Below are positions 63,734 through 64,000 of a stretch of DNA of 64,000 bases, piece by piece. The notes under the pieces were generated by a model. The model was not told the origin of the DNA, made no database searches, and saw nothing but the letters and a program-made list of their open reading frames with translations. Position 1 is the stretch's first letter. Each line of letters starts with the position of its first letter. Both the position numbers and the translations under genes were made by a program. The stretch is from a virus: the IMG/VR virus record IMGVR_UViG_3300014137_000003; one strand, 5' to 3'.

Positions 63734-64000
63734 GTGAAATTTAAAATCTTTAAGATGACTATTCGTGTTTATGACTTGGCAGTTTTCTTGTTCTTAGTGG
63801 GGTATTTCTTCCATAAGCCTTTCCGAGAATTGTTTGATAGTAGTCCTTATCTTGTAAAGGCTTTGGCTTGGTTATTAGTTGTTCTTTTCTTTTACTATTC
63901 TTGTGCATCTTGGTATCATGTAATCAAGAAGTCTATGATTAATGTACTTAAAAAAGAAGAGTCAGAAGCCTTAGAAGAAGAGAACTACGAAGAAGGCAAG
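63734..64000 (+). CDS. membrane protein, 5' part (continues beyond the window)
   Basis: GTG 63734 after AGGTG; two hydrophobic helices; open to the window end. Confidence 0.45.
   Translation, partial: MKFKIFKMTIRVYDLAVFLFLVGYFFHKPFRELFDSSPYLVKALAWLLVVLFFYYSCASWYHVIKKSMINVLKKEESEALEEENYEEGK

Noticed and set aside
1-64000. GGGGTA excess explained simply as the phage Shine-Dalgarno sequence
   Set aside because: Only a minority of copies lie upstream of start codons. Most are internal to genes, in all three phases, and some are inside RNA genes.
1-64000. CRISPR arrays, integrase/att sites, transposases and structural or lysis genes
   Set aside because: I saw no regularly spaced repeats, recombinase or transposase motifs, or capsid, tail, holin or endolysin signatures anywhere in the window.

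Overview
All credible genes in this 64-kb window lie on the + strand, tightly packed or overlapping. It reads as the early, replication and accessory region of a large virulent-type phage of a low-GC Gram-positive host. The host guess is an inference from TG-extended -10 promoters and Firmicutes-typical genes (RNase HIII, YhaM, GtfA/GtfB, DUF1002-like). No capsid, tail, lysis or integrase genes are visible.

Recognisable content:
- Family A DNA polymerase.
- A LigA-type NAD ligase split into two genes 4.6 kb apart.
- A DnaG primase split into a zinc-finger gene and a catalytic-core gene 27 kb apart.
- ParB-HNH nuclease, RNase HIII, YhaM-like exonuclease, NrdH-like redoxin and a stand-alone ATP-cone.
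- An SbcCD-like pair, a HipA-like kinase and a PLP enzyme.
- A GtfA/GtfB-like glycosyltransferase pair surrounded by membrane and secreted proteins.
- A tandem array of divergent paralogs (42.8-48.9 kb).
- An RNA island (56.3-60.5 kb) with a tmRNA, canonical tRNAs and several non-canonical tRNA-like RNAs.

Most striking observations:
1. A strongly strand-specific excess of GGGGTA(T) in all codon phases, in RBS regions and in RNA genes.
2. A 142-nt RNA that folds as two complete tRNA bodies joined through their anticodon stems, with no anticodon loop.
3. Gene fission of core replication enzymes.

About two thirds of the ORFs have no recognisable function. All motif calls come from reading the translations, not from searches.
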